From Eledone cirrhosa (taxonomy: Eukaryota): a stretch of 64,000 bases of DNA. How positions within the stretch are numbered: the stretch's first letter is position 1; the number at the start of each line of letters is the position of its first letter. The position numbers and the translations under genes are program-made. The stretch covers positions 1,364,001 to 1,428,000 of the forward strand of contig OZ024751.1 in assembly GCA_964016885.1 (NCBI GenBank), written 5' to 3'. Below the pieces are notes generated by a model, which saw only the letters and a program-made list of their open reading frames with translations, was not told the origin of the DNA and ran no database searches. Below, piece after piece: positions 17,701 through 33,901 of the stretch.

Positions 17701-20700
17701 CCACAATTACCATCATTGCCAACAATACCACCATTACTACCATTACCAACATTACCCACATTACCAGCAACACCACCATTACCACCAACAACACCTATAC
17801 CACCATTACTACCATTACCAACATTACCCACATTACCAGCAACACCACCATTACCACCATTACTACCAACACCGCCATTACCACCATTACTACCAACACC
17901 ACAATTAACACCATTACCACCATTACCACCAACGCCACCATTACAGCCAACAACACCATTACCACCAACACCACCATTACCACCATTACCACCATTACCA
18001 CCATTACAATCATTACCACCATTACCACCATTACAACCATTACCACTATTACCACCATTACCACCAACACCACCATTACCACCAATACCACCATTACCAC
18101 AATTACCACCGTTACAACCATTACCACCAACACCATCATTAGCACCATACCACCATTACCACCATTACTACCATTACCACCATTACAACCATTGCCACCA
18201 AAACCACCATTACCACCGTTACAACCATTACCACCAACTCCACCATCACCACCAACACCACCTTACGACCATTACCACCATTACCAACATTACCACCATT
18301 ACCCCTATTACCACCATTAACACCACCATTACCACCATCACCTTCAACACCACCTTACCACCATTACCACCATTACCAACATTACCACCACTACCACTAT
18401 TACCACCATTACCCCCATTACCCCCATTACCACAATTAACCCCAACACCACCATTACCACAAACACCACCATTGCCACCATTACCACCATTACCACAATT
18501 ACCACCATTACCACCAACACCACCATTACCACCATTACCACCATTACCACCATTACCAACATTACCACGAACACCACCATTGCCATCAACACCAGCATAA
18601 CCACCATTAATACCATTACCCCCATTAACGCAATTACCACCAACACCACCATCAGCACCAACGCCCCCATTACCAACATTACCTCCATTACCACCATTAA
18701 CAGAATTAGCTCCAACACCAACATTACCACTATTACCACCATTACCACCATTACCACCAACACCACCATTACCACCAACACCACCAGTACCAACAACACC
18801 ACCATTACCAACGATACCACCATTTCCACCAACACCACCATTAGCACCATTATCACCATCACTACCATTACCACCAACGCCACCATGACCATCATTATCA
18901 CCAACACTACCATTACCACCAACACCACCATTACCACCAAAACCACCATAATCACCACTACCACCAACACCACCATTACCACCATTACCACCATTACCAC
19001 CGACACCACCATTATCACTATTACCACCAACACCACCAACACCACAATTACCACCATTACCACCAACACCACCATTACCACCATTATAACATTACCACCA
19101 TTACCACCAACACCACCATTACCACCAACACCACCATTACCACCAACACCACCATAACCACCATTACCACCATTAACACCATTACATCCATTACCACCCT
19201 TACCAGCATTACCACCAACACCACCAACACCACCATTGCCACCATTACTATCAACACCACCATTGCCATCAACACCACCATTACCACCATCACCACCATT
19301 ACCACCAACACCATCATTAGCACCATACCACCATTACCACCATTACTACCATTACCACCATTACAACCATTGCCACCAAAACCACCATTACCACCATTAC
19401 AACCATTACCACCAACTCCACCATTACCACCATCACCACCAACACCACCTTACGACCATTACCACCATTACCAACATTACCACCATTACCCCTATTACCA
19501 CCATTAACACCACCATTACCACCATCACCTTCAACACTACCTTACCACCATTACCACCATTACCAACATTACCACCACTACCACTATTACCACCATTACC
19601 ACCATTACCCCCATTACCACAATTACCCCCAACACCACCATTACCACAAACACCACCATTGCCACCATTACCACCATTACCACAATTACCACCATTACCA
19701 CCAACACAACTATTACAACCATTACCACCAATACCACCATTGCCATCAACACCAGCATTACCACCATTACCAACATTACCACCAACACCACCATTACCAC
19801 CAAAACCACCATTATCAACATTACCAGCATAACCACCATTAATACCATTACCCCCATTAACGCAATTACCACCAACACCACCATCAGCACCAACGCCCCC
19901 ATTACCAACATTACCTCCATTACCACCATTAACAGAATTAGCTCCAACACCACCATTACCACTATTACCACCATTACCACCATTACCACCAACACCACCA
20001 TTACCACCAACACCACCAGTACCAACAACACCACCATTACCAACGATACCACCATTTCCACCAACACCACCATTAGCACCATTATCACCAACACTACCAT
20101 TACCACCAACGCCACCATGACCATCATTACCACCAACACCACCATTACCACCAACACCACCATTACCACCAAAACCACCATAATCACCACTACCACCAAC
20201 ACCACCATTACCACAATTACCACCATTACCACCGACACCACCATTATCACTATTACCACCAACACCACCAACACCACAATTACCACCATTACCACCAACA
20301 CCACCATTACCACCAACACCACCATTACCACCAACACCACCATAACCACCATTACCACCATTACCACCATTACATCCATTACCACCCTTACCAGCATTAC
20401 CACCAACACCACCATAACCACCATTACCACCATTACCACCATTACATCCATTACCACCCTTGCCACCATTACCACCAACACCACCAACACCACCATTGCC
20501 ACCATTACCATCAACACCACCATTGCCATCAACACCACCATTACCACCATCACCAACATTACCACCATTACCACCAACACCACCATTACCACCATTACCA
20601 CAATTACCACCATTACAACCATTGCCACCAACACCACCATTACCACCGTTACAACCATTACCACCAACAGCATCATTAGCACTATTACCACCATTACCAC

Positions 20701-23700
20701 CATTACCATCATTACCGCCATTAACACCAGTACCACCAACACCAACATTACCACCATTACCACCATTACGACCATTACCACCAACACCACCATTGCCATT
20801 AACAGCACCATTATAACCATTACCACCATTACCACCATCACCACCATTACCACCATAACCACCATTACCACCATTAACCCCACCATTACCAACAATACCA
20901 CCATTACCACCATTAAAACCACAATTACCACCATTAGCAACAATACCACCATTACCACCATTACCACCATTAACACCATTACCAACATTAACACCATTAC
21001 CACCACTACCACCTTTACAACCATTACCACCATCACCACCATTACTACCATTACCATCAAAACCACCATTACCAACGTTACACAATTACCACCATTCCCA
21101 CCATCACCACCATTACCAACATTACCACCATCACCACAATTACCACCATTACCAACACAAACAACACCTTACCACCATTACCACCATTACCACCATTCAC
21201 ACCATTACCACCATTACCACCATTAACAACACCATTACCACCATCACCACCAACACCACCTCACCAACATTACCACCAGTAACACCACCATTACCACCAT
21301 TACCACCACTACCACCATTATCACCATTACCACCAACATTACCATTACCACCATTACAACAAATAAAACCATTAACACCATTACTACCATTACCACCATT
21401 AACTCCATTAACACCAACACCAGCATTGCCATCAACACGACCATTAACACCATTACCACCATTACCACCATCACCACCATTACCACCATTACTACCATTA
21501 CCACCATTAAATCCATTACCACCATTAAAACCACAATTACCACCATTACCATTAATATCACCATTACCACCATTACCACCATTAACACCATTACCACCAT
21601 TAACACCACCATTACCACGATTACCAACATTACCACCATTACCAACATTACCAACATTACCACCACTACCACCATTACCCTCATTACCACAATTACCCCC
21701 AACACCACCATTACCACCATTACCACAAACACCACCATTGCCACCATTGCCACCATTACCACAATTACCACCGTTACCACCAACACAACCATTACAGCCA
21801 TTACCACCATCACCACCGTTACCACCATTATCACCAACACCACCATTACCAACATTACCACCATTACCACCATTACCACCAACACTACCATTACCACCAT
21901 TACCACGATCACCAGCATTACCACCATTACCACCATTACCACCATTACCACGATCACCACCGTTACCACCATTACCACCAACACCACCATTACCACCATT
22001 ACCACCATTACCACCATTACCACCAACACCACCATTACCACCATTACCACCATCACCAGCATTACCACCATTACCACCATTACCACCAACACCACCATTA
22101 CCACCATTACCACCAACACAACCATTACCACCATTACCAACATTTCCAACATTACCACCAACACCACCATTACCACCATTACCACCATCACCAGCATTAC
22201 CACCATTACCACCATTACCACCATTACCAACAACACAACCATTACCACCATTACCAACATTTCCAACATTACCACATTTACCATCATTATCACCATTACT
22301 ACCATTACCACCAACACCACCATTACCACCATTACCACCATTATCACCATTACCACCAACACCACCATTACCACCATTACCACCAACACCACCATAACCA
22401 CCATTACCACCAACACCAACATTACCACAAACACCACCATTACCACCATTACAACCATTACCACCATTACCAACATTACCACGAACACCACCATTGCCAT
22501 CAACACCATCATTACCACCATTACCACCATTACCACCATCACCACCGTTACCACCATTACCACCAAAACCACCATTATCAACATTACCAGCATAACCACC
22601 ATTAATACCATTAGCCCCATTAACGCAATTACCACCAACACCACCATCAGCACCAACGCCACCATTACCAACATTATCTCCATTACCACCATTAACAGAA
22701 TTAGCTCCAACACCACCATTACCACTATTACAACCATTACCACCACTACCACCAACACCACTAGTACCACCAACACCACCATTACCAACGATACCACCAT
22801 TTCCACCAACACCACCATTAGCACCATTATCACCAACACCACCATTACCACCAACGCCACCATGACCACCATTACCACCAACACCACCATTACCACCAAC
22901 ACCACCATTACCACCAACACCACCAACACCACCATTACCACCAACACCACCATTACCACCAGCACCACCATTACCACCGACACCACCATTATCACTATTA
23001 CCACCAACACCACCATTACCACCAACACCACCATAACCACCATTACCACCATTACCACCATTACATCCATTACCACCATTACATCCATTACCACCCTTAC
23101 CACCATTACCACCAACACCACCATTAGCACTATTACCACCAATACCACCATTACCACCATTACCACCATTACCACCATTACATCCATTACCACCCTTACC
23201 ACCATTACCACCAACACCACCATTAGCACTATTACCACCAATACCACCATTACCACCATTACCACCAACACAACCATTGACACCAGCACCACCAACACCA
23301 CCATTACCACCATTACCACCAACAACACCATTGCCATCAACACCACCATTACCACCATCACCACCATTGCCACCATTACCACCAACACCACCATTACCAC
23401 CATTACCACAATTACCACCATTACAACCATTGCCACCAACACCACCATTACCACCATTATAACATTACCACCATTACCACCATTACCACCAACACCACCA
23501 TTACCACCATCATCACCATAACCAACATCACCACCGTTACCACCATTACCACCATTTCCACAATTACCACCGTTACAATCATTACCACCAACACCATCAT
23601 TAGCAACATTACCACCATTACCACCATTACTACCATTACCACCATTACAACCATTGCCACTAACACCACCATTACCACCGTTACAACCATTACCACCAAC

Positions 23701-26700
23701 ACCACCATTACCACCATTACCACCATTACGACCATTACCACCAACACCACCATTGCCATCAACAGCAACATTATCACCATTACCACCATTACCACCATCA
23801 CCACCATTACCACCATCACCACCATTACCACCATTACCACCATTACAACCATTACCACCATTAACACCACCATTACCAACATTACTACCATTACCACCAT
23901 TACCACCATCACCACCAACACCACCATTACCACCATTACCACCATTACAACCATTAACACCACCATTACCGTCATTACCACCATTACCGCCAACACCACC
24001 ATTACCAACATTTCCATCATTACCCCCATTACCACCAGCAAAACCATTACCACCATTACCACCATCAACACCAATGCCACCATTACCACCATTACCACCA
24101 TTACCACCATTACCACCAACACCACCATTACCACTATTGCCACCATAACCACCATTACCACCATTACCACCATCACCACCAATGCCAGCATTACCACCAA
24201 TAACACCATTACCACCATTAACACTATTACCATCAAAACCACCATTACCACCGTTACACCATTACCACCATTTCCACCATCACCAAAATTACCACCATTA
24301 CGACCACCAACACCATCTTACCACCATTACCAACATTATAACCATTACCACCATTACCACCATTACGACCAACACAACCTTACCACCATTACCACCAACA
24401 TTACCATTACCACCATTGCAACAATTAAAACCATTAACACAATTACTACCATTAACACCATTAACACCAACACCACCATTACCACCATTACCAACATTAC
24501 CACCATCACCACCATTACCACCATTACCACCATTACCAACATTACCACAATTAAAACCATTACCACCATAAAAACCACAATTACCAACATTACCATCAAT
24601 ACCACCCTTACCACCATTACCACCATTACAAACATTACCACCATCGCCACGAACACCACCATTACCACCATAACCACCATTACCACAAACACCACCATTA
24701 CAACCATTACCACAAACACCACCATTACAACCATTACCACCATTAACACAAATACCACCATTACCAACATTACCACCATTAACACCAACACAACCATTAC
24801 CAAAATTACCACCGTTACCACCATTACCACCAACACAACCATTACTACCATTACCACCATTACCACCAACGCCAACATTACCACCAACACAACCATTACC
24901 ATCATTACCTCCATTACCACCATTACCACCATCAACACCAATGCCACCATTACCGCCATTACTACCATTACCATCAAAACCACCAACACCACCGTTACAC
25001 CATTACCGCCAACACCATCATTACCACCTTTACCAACATTACCACCATTACCACCATTAACACCATCACCTTCAACACCACCTTACCACCATTACCACCA
25101 TCACCACCGTTACCACCAGTACCACCATTACCAACATTACCACCACTACCACTATTACCACCATTACCACCATTACCCACATTACCACAATTACCCCCAA
25201 CACGACCATTACGACCATTAACACAAACACCACCATTGCCACCATTACCACCATTATCACAATTACCACCATTACCACCAACACAACCATTACAACCATT
25301 ACCACCATCACCACCGTTACCACCATTAACACCAACACCAACACCAACATTACCACCATTACCACCATTACCACCATTACCAACATTACCACGAACATCA
25401 CCATTGCCATCAACACCAGCATTACCACCATTACCACCATTACCACCGTTACCACCATTACCACCAAAACCACCATTATCAACATTACCAGCATAACCAC
25501 CATTAATACCATTACCCCCATTAACGCAATTACCACCAACACCACCATCAGCACCAACGCCACCATTACCAACATTACCTCCATTACAACCATTAACAGA
25601 ATTAGCTCCAACACAACCATTACCAGTATTACCACCATTACCACCATTACCACCAACACCACAATTACCACCAACACCACCAGTACCACCAACACCACCA
25701 TTACCAACGATAGCACCATTTCCACCAACACCACCATTAGCACCATTATAACCAACACCACCATTACCACCAACGCCACCATGACCACCATTACCACCAA
25801 CACCACCATTACCACCAACACCACCATAACCACCATTACCACCAACATCACCATTACCACCATTACCACCATTACCACCGACACCACCATTATCACTATT
25901 ACCACCAACACCACCAACACCACAATTACCACCATTACCACCAACACCACCATTGCCACCATTATAACATTACCACCATTACCACCAACACCACCATTAC
26001 CACCAACACCACCATTACCACCAACACCACCATAACCACCATTACCACCATTACCACCATTACATCCATTACCACCCTTACCATCATTACCACCAACACC
26101 ACCATTAGCACTATTACCACATTACCACCATTACCACCATTACCACCAACACAACCATTGACATCAGCACCACCAACACCACCATTACCACCATTACCAC
26201 CAACACCACCATTGCCATCAACACCACCATTACCACCATCACCACCATTACCACCATTACCACCAACACCACCATTACCACCATTACCACCATTACCACA
26301 ATTACCACCGTTACAACCATTACCACCAACAGCACCATTACCACCATTACCATCATTACCGCCATTAACACCAGTACCACCAACACCACCATTACCACCA
26401 TTACCACCATTACGACCATTACCACCAACACCACCATTGCCATCAACAGCACCATTATAACCATTACCACCATTACCACCATCACCACCATTGACACCAT
26501 TACCACTATTACCACCATTAAAACCACAATTACCACCATTACCACCATTACCACCATTACCACCATTACCACCATTAACACCATTACCACCATTAACACC
26601 ACCATTACCACCATTACCACCAACACAACCATTACCACCATTACCAACATTTCCAACATTACCACATTTACCATCATTACCACCATTATCACCATTACCA

Positions 26701-29700
26701 CCAACACCACCATTACCACCAACACCACCATTACCACCAACACCACCATAACCACCATTACCACCATTACAACCATTACAACCATTACAACCAACACCAC
26801 CATTACCACCAACCCCACCATTTACACCATTACAACCATTACCACCCTTATCACCATTACCACCATTACCACCAACACCACCATTAGCACCATTAGCACC
26901 AACACCACCATAACCACCATTACCACCATTACAACCATTACAACCATTACCACGCTTACCACCATTACCACCAACACCACCATTTACACTATTACAACCA
27001 TTACCACCATTATCACCATTACCTCCATTACCACAACACAACCATTGACACCAGTACCACCAACACAACCATTACCACCAACACTACCATTACCACCAAC
27101 ACCAACATTACCACAATTACCACAATTACCACAATTACCACCATTACAATCATTGCCACAAACACCACCATTACCACCATTACAACCATTACCACCAACA
27201 CCACCATAACCACCATTACCACCATTACCACCATTACCACCAACACCACCATAACCACCATTACCACCATTACCACCATTACCAATATTACCACGAACAC
27301 CACCATTGCCATCAACACCATCATTACCACCATTACCACCATTACGACCATCACCACCGTTACCACCATTACCACCAAAACCACCATTATCAACATTACC
27401 AGCATAACCACCATTAATACCATTACCCCCGTTAACGCAATTACCACCAACACCACCATCAGCACCAACGCCACCATTACCAACATTATCTCCATTACCA
27501 CCATTAACAGAATTAGCTCCAACACCACCATTACCAGTATTACCACCATTACCACCATTACCACCATTACCACCAACACCACTATTACCACCAACACCAC
27601 CATTACCACCAACACCACCATTATCAACGATACCACCATTTCCACCAACACCACCATTAGCACCATTATCACCAACACCACCATTACCACCAACGCCACC
27701 ATGACCACCATTACCACCAACACCACCATTACCACCAACACCACCATTACCACCAACACCACCATAACCACCATTACCACCAACTCCACCATTACCACCA
27801 GCACCACCATTACCACCGACACCACCATTATCACTATTACCACCAACACCACCAACACCACCAGTACCACCATTACCACCAACACCACCATTACCACCAT
27901 TATAACATTACCACCATTACCCCCAACACCACCATTAACTCCAACACCACCATTACCACCATTACCACCGACTCCACCATTATCGCCATTACCACCATTA
28001 CATCCATTACCAGCAACACCTCCATTACCACCATTACCACCATTACCACCATTACCACCATTATCACCATTACTACCAACACCACCATTACCACCATTAC
28101 CACCAACACCACCATTCCCACCATAACCACCACTACCACCATTACCACCAATACCACCAACACCCCATTACCACCACTACCACCATTACCACCATTACCA
28201 CTTACACCACCATTACCACCATTACCCCCAATATCACCATCACCACCATTAGCACCATTAGCACCATTACCACCATCACCACCATCACCACCATCACCAC
28301 CATCCCCATCAACACCAACACCATCACCACCATCCCCACCAACACCACCACCATCACCACTACCACCACCACGACCACCACCACCACGACCACCACCACC
28401 ACGACCACCACCACCACCACCACCACCACCACCACTACCAACAACACCATCGCACCAACACCACCATCACCACCAACACCACCATCACCGCCACCGCAAT
28501 TACCACCAGCGCCACAACACCACCACCATCAACACAATTACCACTGTCGCGATCAACGCCATCATCACCAGCAACACCACCATCACCACCATCACCACCA
28601 TTACCACCAACACTACCATTACCACCATTACCACCATAACCCCCATTACCACTATTACCACTATTACCACCAACACCACCATTACCACCATTACCACCAA
28701 CACCACCATTACCACCATTAACACCATTAACACCATTAACACCATTACCACCATAACTCCCATTACCACTATTACCACCAGCACTAACATTACCACCATT
28801 ACCACTATTACCACCAGCACTAACATTACCACCATTACCACCATTACCACCATTACCACCATTACCACCAACACCACCATTACCACCAACACCACCATTA
28901 CCACCAATTACCACCATTACCACCATAACCACCATTACCACCAACACCACCATTACCTCCATTACCACCATTGCCACCATAACCACCATTACCACCAACA
29001 CCACCATTACCACCATTAACTCCAACACCACCATTACCACCATTACCACCAACACGACCATTACCACCATTAACACCAAAACCACCATTACCACCACTAC
29101 CACCAACACCACCATTACCACCATTACCACCAAAACCACCATCACCACCATTACCACTATTACCACCGACACCACCAATAACACCGTCACCACCATTACC
29201 ACCATTACCACCATTACCACCATTACCACCAACATGACCATTACCACCATTACCACCATTACCACCAACACCACCAATATCACCATCACCACAATTACCA
29301 CCATTACCACCATTACCACCATCAACACCATTACCACCAACACAACCAACACCACCATCACCACCATCCCCACCAACACCACAACCATCACCACCATCAC
29401 CGCCACCACCACCACCACCACCACCAACACCACCATCACCGCCACCGCAATTACCACCACCGCCACAACACCACCACCATCAACACCATTACCACCAATT
29501 ACCACCATTACCACCATAACCACCATTACCACCAACACCACCATTACCTCCATTACCACCATTGCCACCATAACCACCATTACCACCAACACCACCATTA
29601 CCACCATTAAATCCAACACCACCATAACCACCATTACCACCAACACCACCATTACCTCCATTACCACCATTGCCACCATAACCACCATTACCACCAACAC

Positions 29701-32700
29701 CACCATTACCACCATTAACTCCAACACCACCATTACCACCATTACCACCAACACCACCATTACCACTATTACCACCATTACCACCATTACCACCAACACG
29801 ACCATTACCACCATTACCACCATTACCACCAACACCACCATCAACACCAACCATCAACACCATTACCACCAACACAACCAACACCACCTTCACCACCATC
29901 CCCACCAACACCACAACCATCACCACACTCACCGCCACCACCACCACCACCACCACCACCACCACCACCACCACCACCACCACCACCACCACCACCACCG
30001 CCGCCGCCGCCGCCACCACTGCCACGACCACCACCACTACCACAATTACCACCACCGCCACCACACCACCACCATCAACACCAACACCACCATCACCACC
30101 ACCACCACCACCATTAACACACCACCTCCACCATCACCACCATCACAACCATTACCACCATCACCACCATTACCACCATTACCATCAATATCACCATCAC
30201 CACCATTACCACCAACACCACCAATACCACCATTACCACCATTACCACCTAAACCACCATTACCACCATTACCACCAAAACCACCATTACCACCATTACC
30301 ACCAACAACACCATTACCACCATTACCACTATTACCACCAACACCACCAATATCACCATCACCACCATTACCACCATTACCACCATCACCACCATTAACA
30401 CCATTACCATCATTAACACCACAATTACCGCCATTACCACCACTAACACCACAATTACCACCACTACCACCATTACCATCATTACCAGTAACAGAACCAT
30501 TACCACCAACATCACCATTAAAACCATTAACACCACCGTTACCACCATTACCACGACCATTGCCACCATCACCACCAACACCACCACTAACACCCTTACC
30601 ACCCTTATCACCATTATCACCATTACCACCATCACCACCATTACCACCATTACCACCATTACCACCATCACCACCAACGCCACCATTACCATCATTACCA
30701 CCATTAACACCATCATTACCACCATTACGACCATCACCACCATTACTACCATCACCACCATCACCACCATTACCAACATTACCACCATTACCACCGTTAC
30801 CACCATTATCTCTAACACCACCATTACCACAAACGCCACAATTACCAGCATTACCACCATTATTACCATCACCACCAACACCACCTTTACCACCAACACC
30901 ACCATTACCACCATTTCCACCAATATCACAATTACCACCATTACCACCATCACCAGCAACACCATCATTACCACCATTACCACCATTACCACCAACACCA
31001 CCATTATCACCATTACCACCATTACCACTAACACCACTATTACCACCATTACCACCATTACCACCATTACCACCATTACCACCAACACCACCATTACCAC
31101 CACCACCACCAACACCACCATCCCCACCACCAACACCACCATCCCCACCACCACCACCACCACCATTACCACCACCACCACCACATCACCACCATCAACA
31201 CCATTACCACTATCGTCACCAACACCACCATCACCACCACCACCACCACCATTACCACCATTACCACCACCATTACCACCACCATCACCACCATTACCAC
31301 CATTACCATCATTACCAGTAACAGCACCATTACCACCAACATCACCATTAAAACCATTAACACCACCGTTACCACCATTACCACCACTACCACCATTACC
31401 CCATCACCACCATTACCACCAACACCACCATTGCCACCATTACCACCATTATCACCATTACTACCATTACCACCAACACCACCATTAGCAACATTACCAA
31501 CATTAACATCACCATTACCACCATCACCACCATTACCACCATCACCACCAACACCACCATTACCACCATTACCACCATTACCACCGTTACCACCATTATC
31601 TCTAACACCACCATTACCACCAACACCACCATTACCACCATTACTACCATTATCACCATCACCACCAACACCACCATTACCACCATTACCACCAATACCA
31701 CAATTACCACCATTACCACAATCACCAGCAACACCATCATTACCACCATTACCACCATTACCACCAACACCACTATTACCACCATTAGCACCATTACCAC
31801 TAACACCACCATTACCACCATTACCACCGTTACCACCATTACAACCATTACCACCAACATAAGCATTACCACCATTTTCACCAACACCACCATTACCACC
31901 ATTACCACCATTACCACCATTACCACCAGCACGACCATTACCACCACCACCACCAACACCACCATCACCACCAACACCACCATCACCACCACCACCATTA
32001 CCACCACCACCACCATTACCACCACCACCACCACATCACCACCATCAACACCATTACCACCATTACCACCATTACCACCAATATCACCATCATCACCATT
32101 ACCACCAAAACCACCAACCCCACCATTACCACCATTACCACCATTATCACCAACACCACCATTACCACAATTACCACCATTACCACCATAACCACCATTA
32201 CCACTATTACCACCACACCACCATTACCACCATTACCACCATTACCACCATTACCACCAACATCGCCATTACCACCATTACCACCAACACCACCATTACC
32301 ACCATTACCACCACCACCACCATTACCACCACCACCACCACATCACCACCATCACCACAATCGCCACCAACGCCACCATCACCACCAACACCACCATCAC
32401 CACCACCACCACCATTACCACCACCACTACCACCATCACCACCAACACCACCACCATCCCCACCACCACCACCATCACCACCAACACCACCATCGCACCA
32501 ACACCACCATCACCACCAACACCACCATCACCACCACCACCATTACCACCGCCACCACCACATCACCACCATCAACACCATTACCACCATCGCCACCAAC
32601 GTCACCATCACCACCAACACCACCATCACCACCACCACCACCATTAGAACGACCACCACGACCACCACCATCACCACCATCACCACCAACACCACCATCA

Positions 32701-33007
32701 ACACCATTTCACCCTCGCCACCAACACCACTATCACCACCATCACCACGAACACCACCAATACCACCATCACGACCATCACCACCACCAACACCACCATC
32801 ACCACCAACACCATCATCACCACCAACACCACCATCACCACCACCATCTCCACCACAAACACACCATCCCCACCATCACCACCATCACCACCATCACCTC
32901 CAACAACACCATCACAAACACCACCATCACCACCAACATCATCATCACCACCATCACCAGCATCACCATCAATATCAGCAGCCCTACCACCACCATCACC
33001 GCCACCT
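5757..33007. repeat. 27-kb triplet-phased array (ACC-ACC-ATT / ACC-ACC-AAC / ACC-ACC-ATC units) with higher-order duplications; minus strand reads (GGN/GGV/GGD)n
   Basis: Continuous 9-mer-based units; recurring rare marker words such as cagaattagctcc at 18701, 19933, 22696, 25597, 27508; pure (CCA)n tracts near 28370-28440 and 29935-30000. Confidence 0.95.
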
Positions 33008-33320
33008 TCGTATTATCTAGAACTAGATATGGTAGATAAAAAAGGTTATAACACTTGCACCTGTAATACACATGTCTATACACACACACACGTACACTTA
33101 CACAACCACGCAAACACACATTCACACACACATAATTATATACACACTCACACGCCCACAACATGCTTACACATTTACTTACATATATAACCACGGAAAC
33201 ACATACACACAACGCCACCCCCTCCCCACATATATATGGTTTTGTCAGTCAAAGGTTCTTAAATTCTAATATAAGGTCATCTTGAAAGGCAAAGATAAAA
33301 CATGGAGGAAAGAGCACTTA

Positions 33321-33360
33321 GTCATCGATAAGGTCACAAGGTGTGACGAAGAACTTTGAC
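33321..33360 (+). ncRNA. Degenerate copy of the PLE pLTR hammerhead-like motif
   Basis: gtca-TCGATAA-g-gtcaca-agg-tgtgac-GAA-gaac-TT-tgac keeps stems I and II of the 44282 motif but has a damaged core. Confidence 0.45.
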
Positions 33361-33439
33361 CGTCTAATTGATTATTTATTTTATTAATGATCTCATTGAT
33401 GAAAACCAGCTATTTGATTGTCTAACCATTCTGAAATGA

Positions 33440-33632
33440 AACACGCTGTGCGTGCGTTTTTGATCGATTGTCTACAACAGTATGTCAGGATTCGTCTGCC
33501 TGGTTCACGATTGTATTGTCGTGAGTACGAATCCCTTGAGCAAAATACTCTATTTCACGTTGCTCCAGACCATTCAGCTGACCAAAATGCGTTGATAAAA
33601 TAACTGGAACAGTCGGAACCGCCAGAGGTCTG

Positions 33633-33633
<1 letters not shown>
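33440..33633 (-). mobile_element. Degenerate tRNA-derived CORE-type SINE fragment(s)
   Basis: ccttgagcaaaatactctatttcacgttgctccagaccattcagctg matches the SINE core at 37907-37953 and 46865-46897; strand and ends approximate. Confidence 0.45.
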
Positions 33634-33634
<1 letters not shown>

Positions 33635-33723
<89 letters not shown>

Positions 33724-33863
33724 GTCACACGCACGCACACATACACACACGCACGCGCACACACACACGCAAACGAGCGCGCGCACACACACACACACAC
33801 AAAGACACACGCACGCACACACACACACACACACGCCCCCCCACACACATAAAAATGCACACG

Positions 33864-33896
<33 letters not shown>

Positions 33897-33901
33897 GTGT
33901 G
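33635..33901. repeat. (CA)n / (CG)-(CA) / (TA)n compound microsatellite
   Basis: Direct reading. Confidence 0.95.

Noticed and set aside
14211-27068. PE-PGRS-like protein or horizontal transfer from mycobacteria
   Set aside because: Similarity is only low-complexity GGN/GGV; no PE domain, codons are almost all GGT/AAT, and the context is eukaryotic
5684-32216. Very long Val/Met-rich minus ORFs and Pro- or Thr-rich plus ORFs as separate genes
   Set aside because: They are alternative frames of one triplet array; their starts and ends coincide with phase slips or chance codons, not gene signals
5757-33007. CRISPR array or telomeric repeat
   Set aside because: No constant repeat with unique spacers, no cas genes, and the units are not TTAGGG-type
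33008-33070. Minus-strand splice acceptor leading into the Gly frame of the array
   Set aside because: Candidate AGs exist (tattacag, ttctag) but an in-frame TAA lies just upstream of the first Gly codons, so no clean exon entry can be supported
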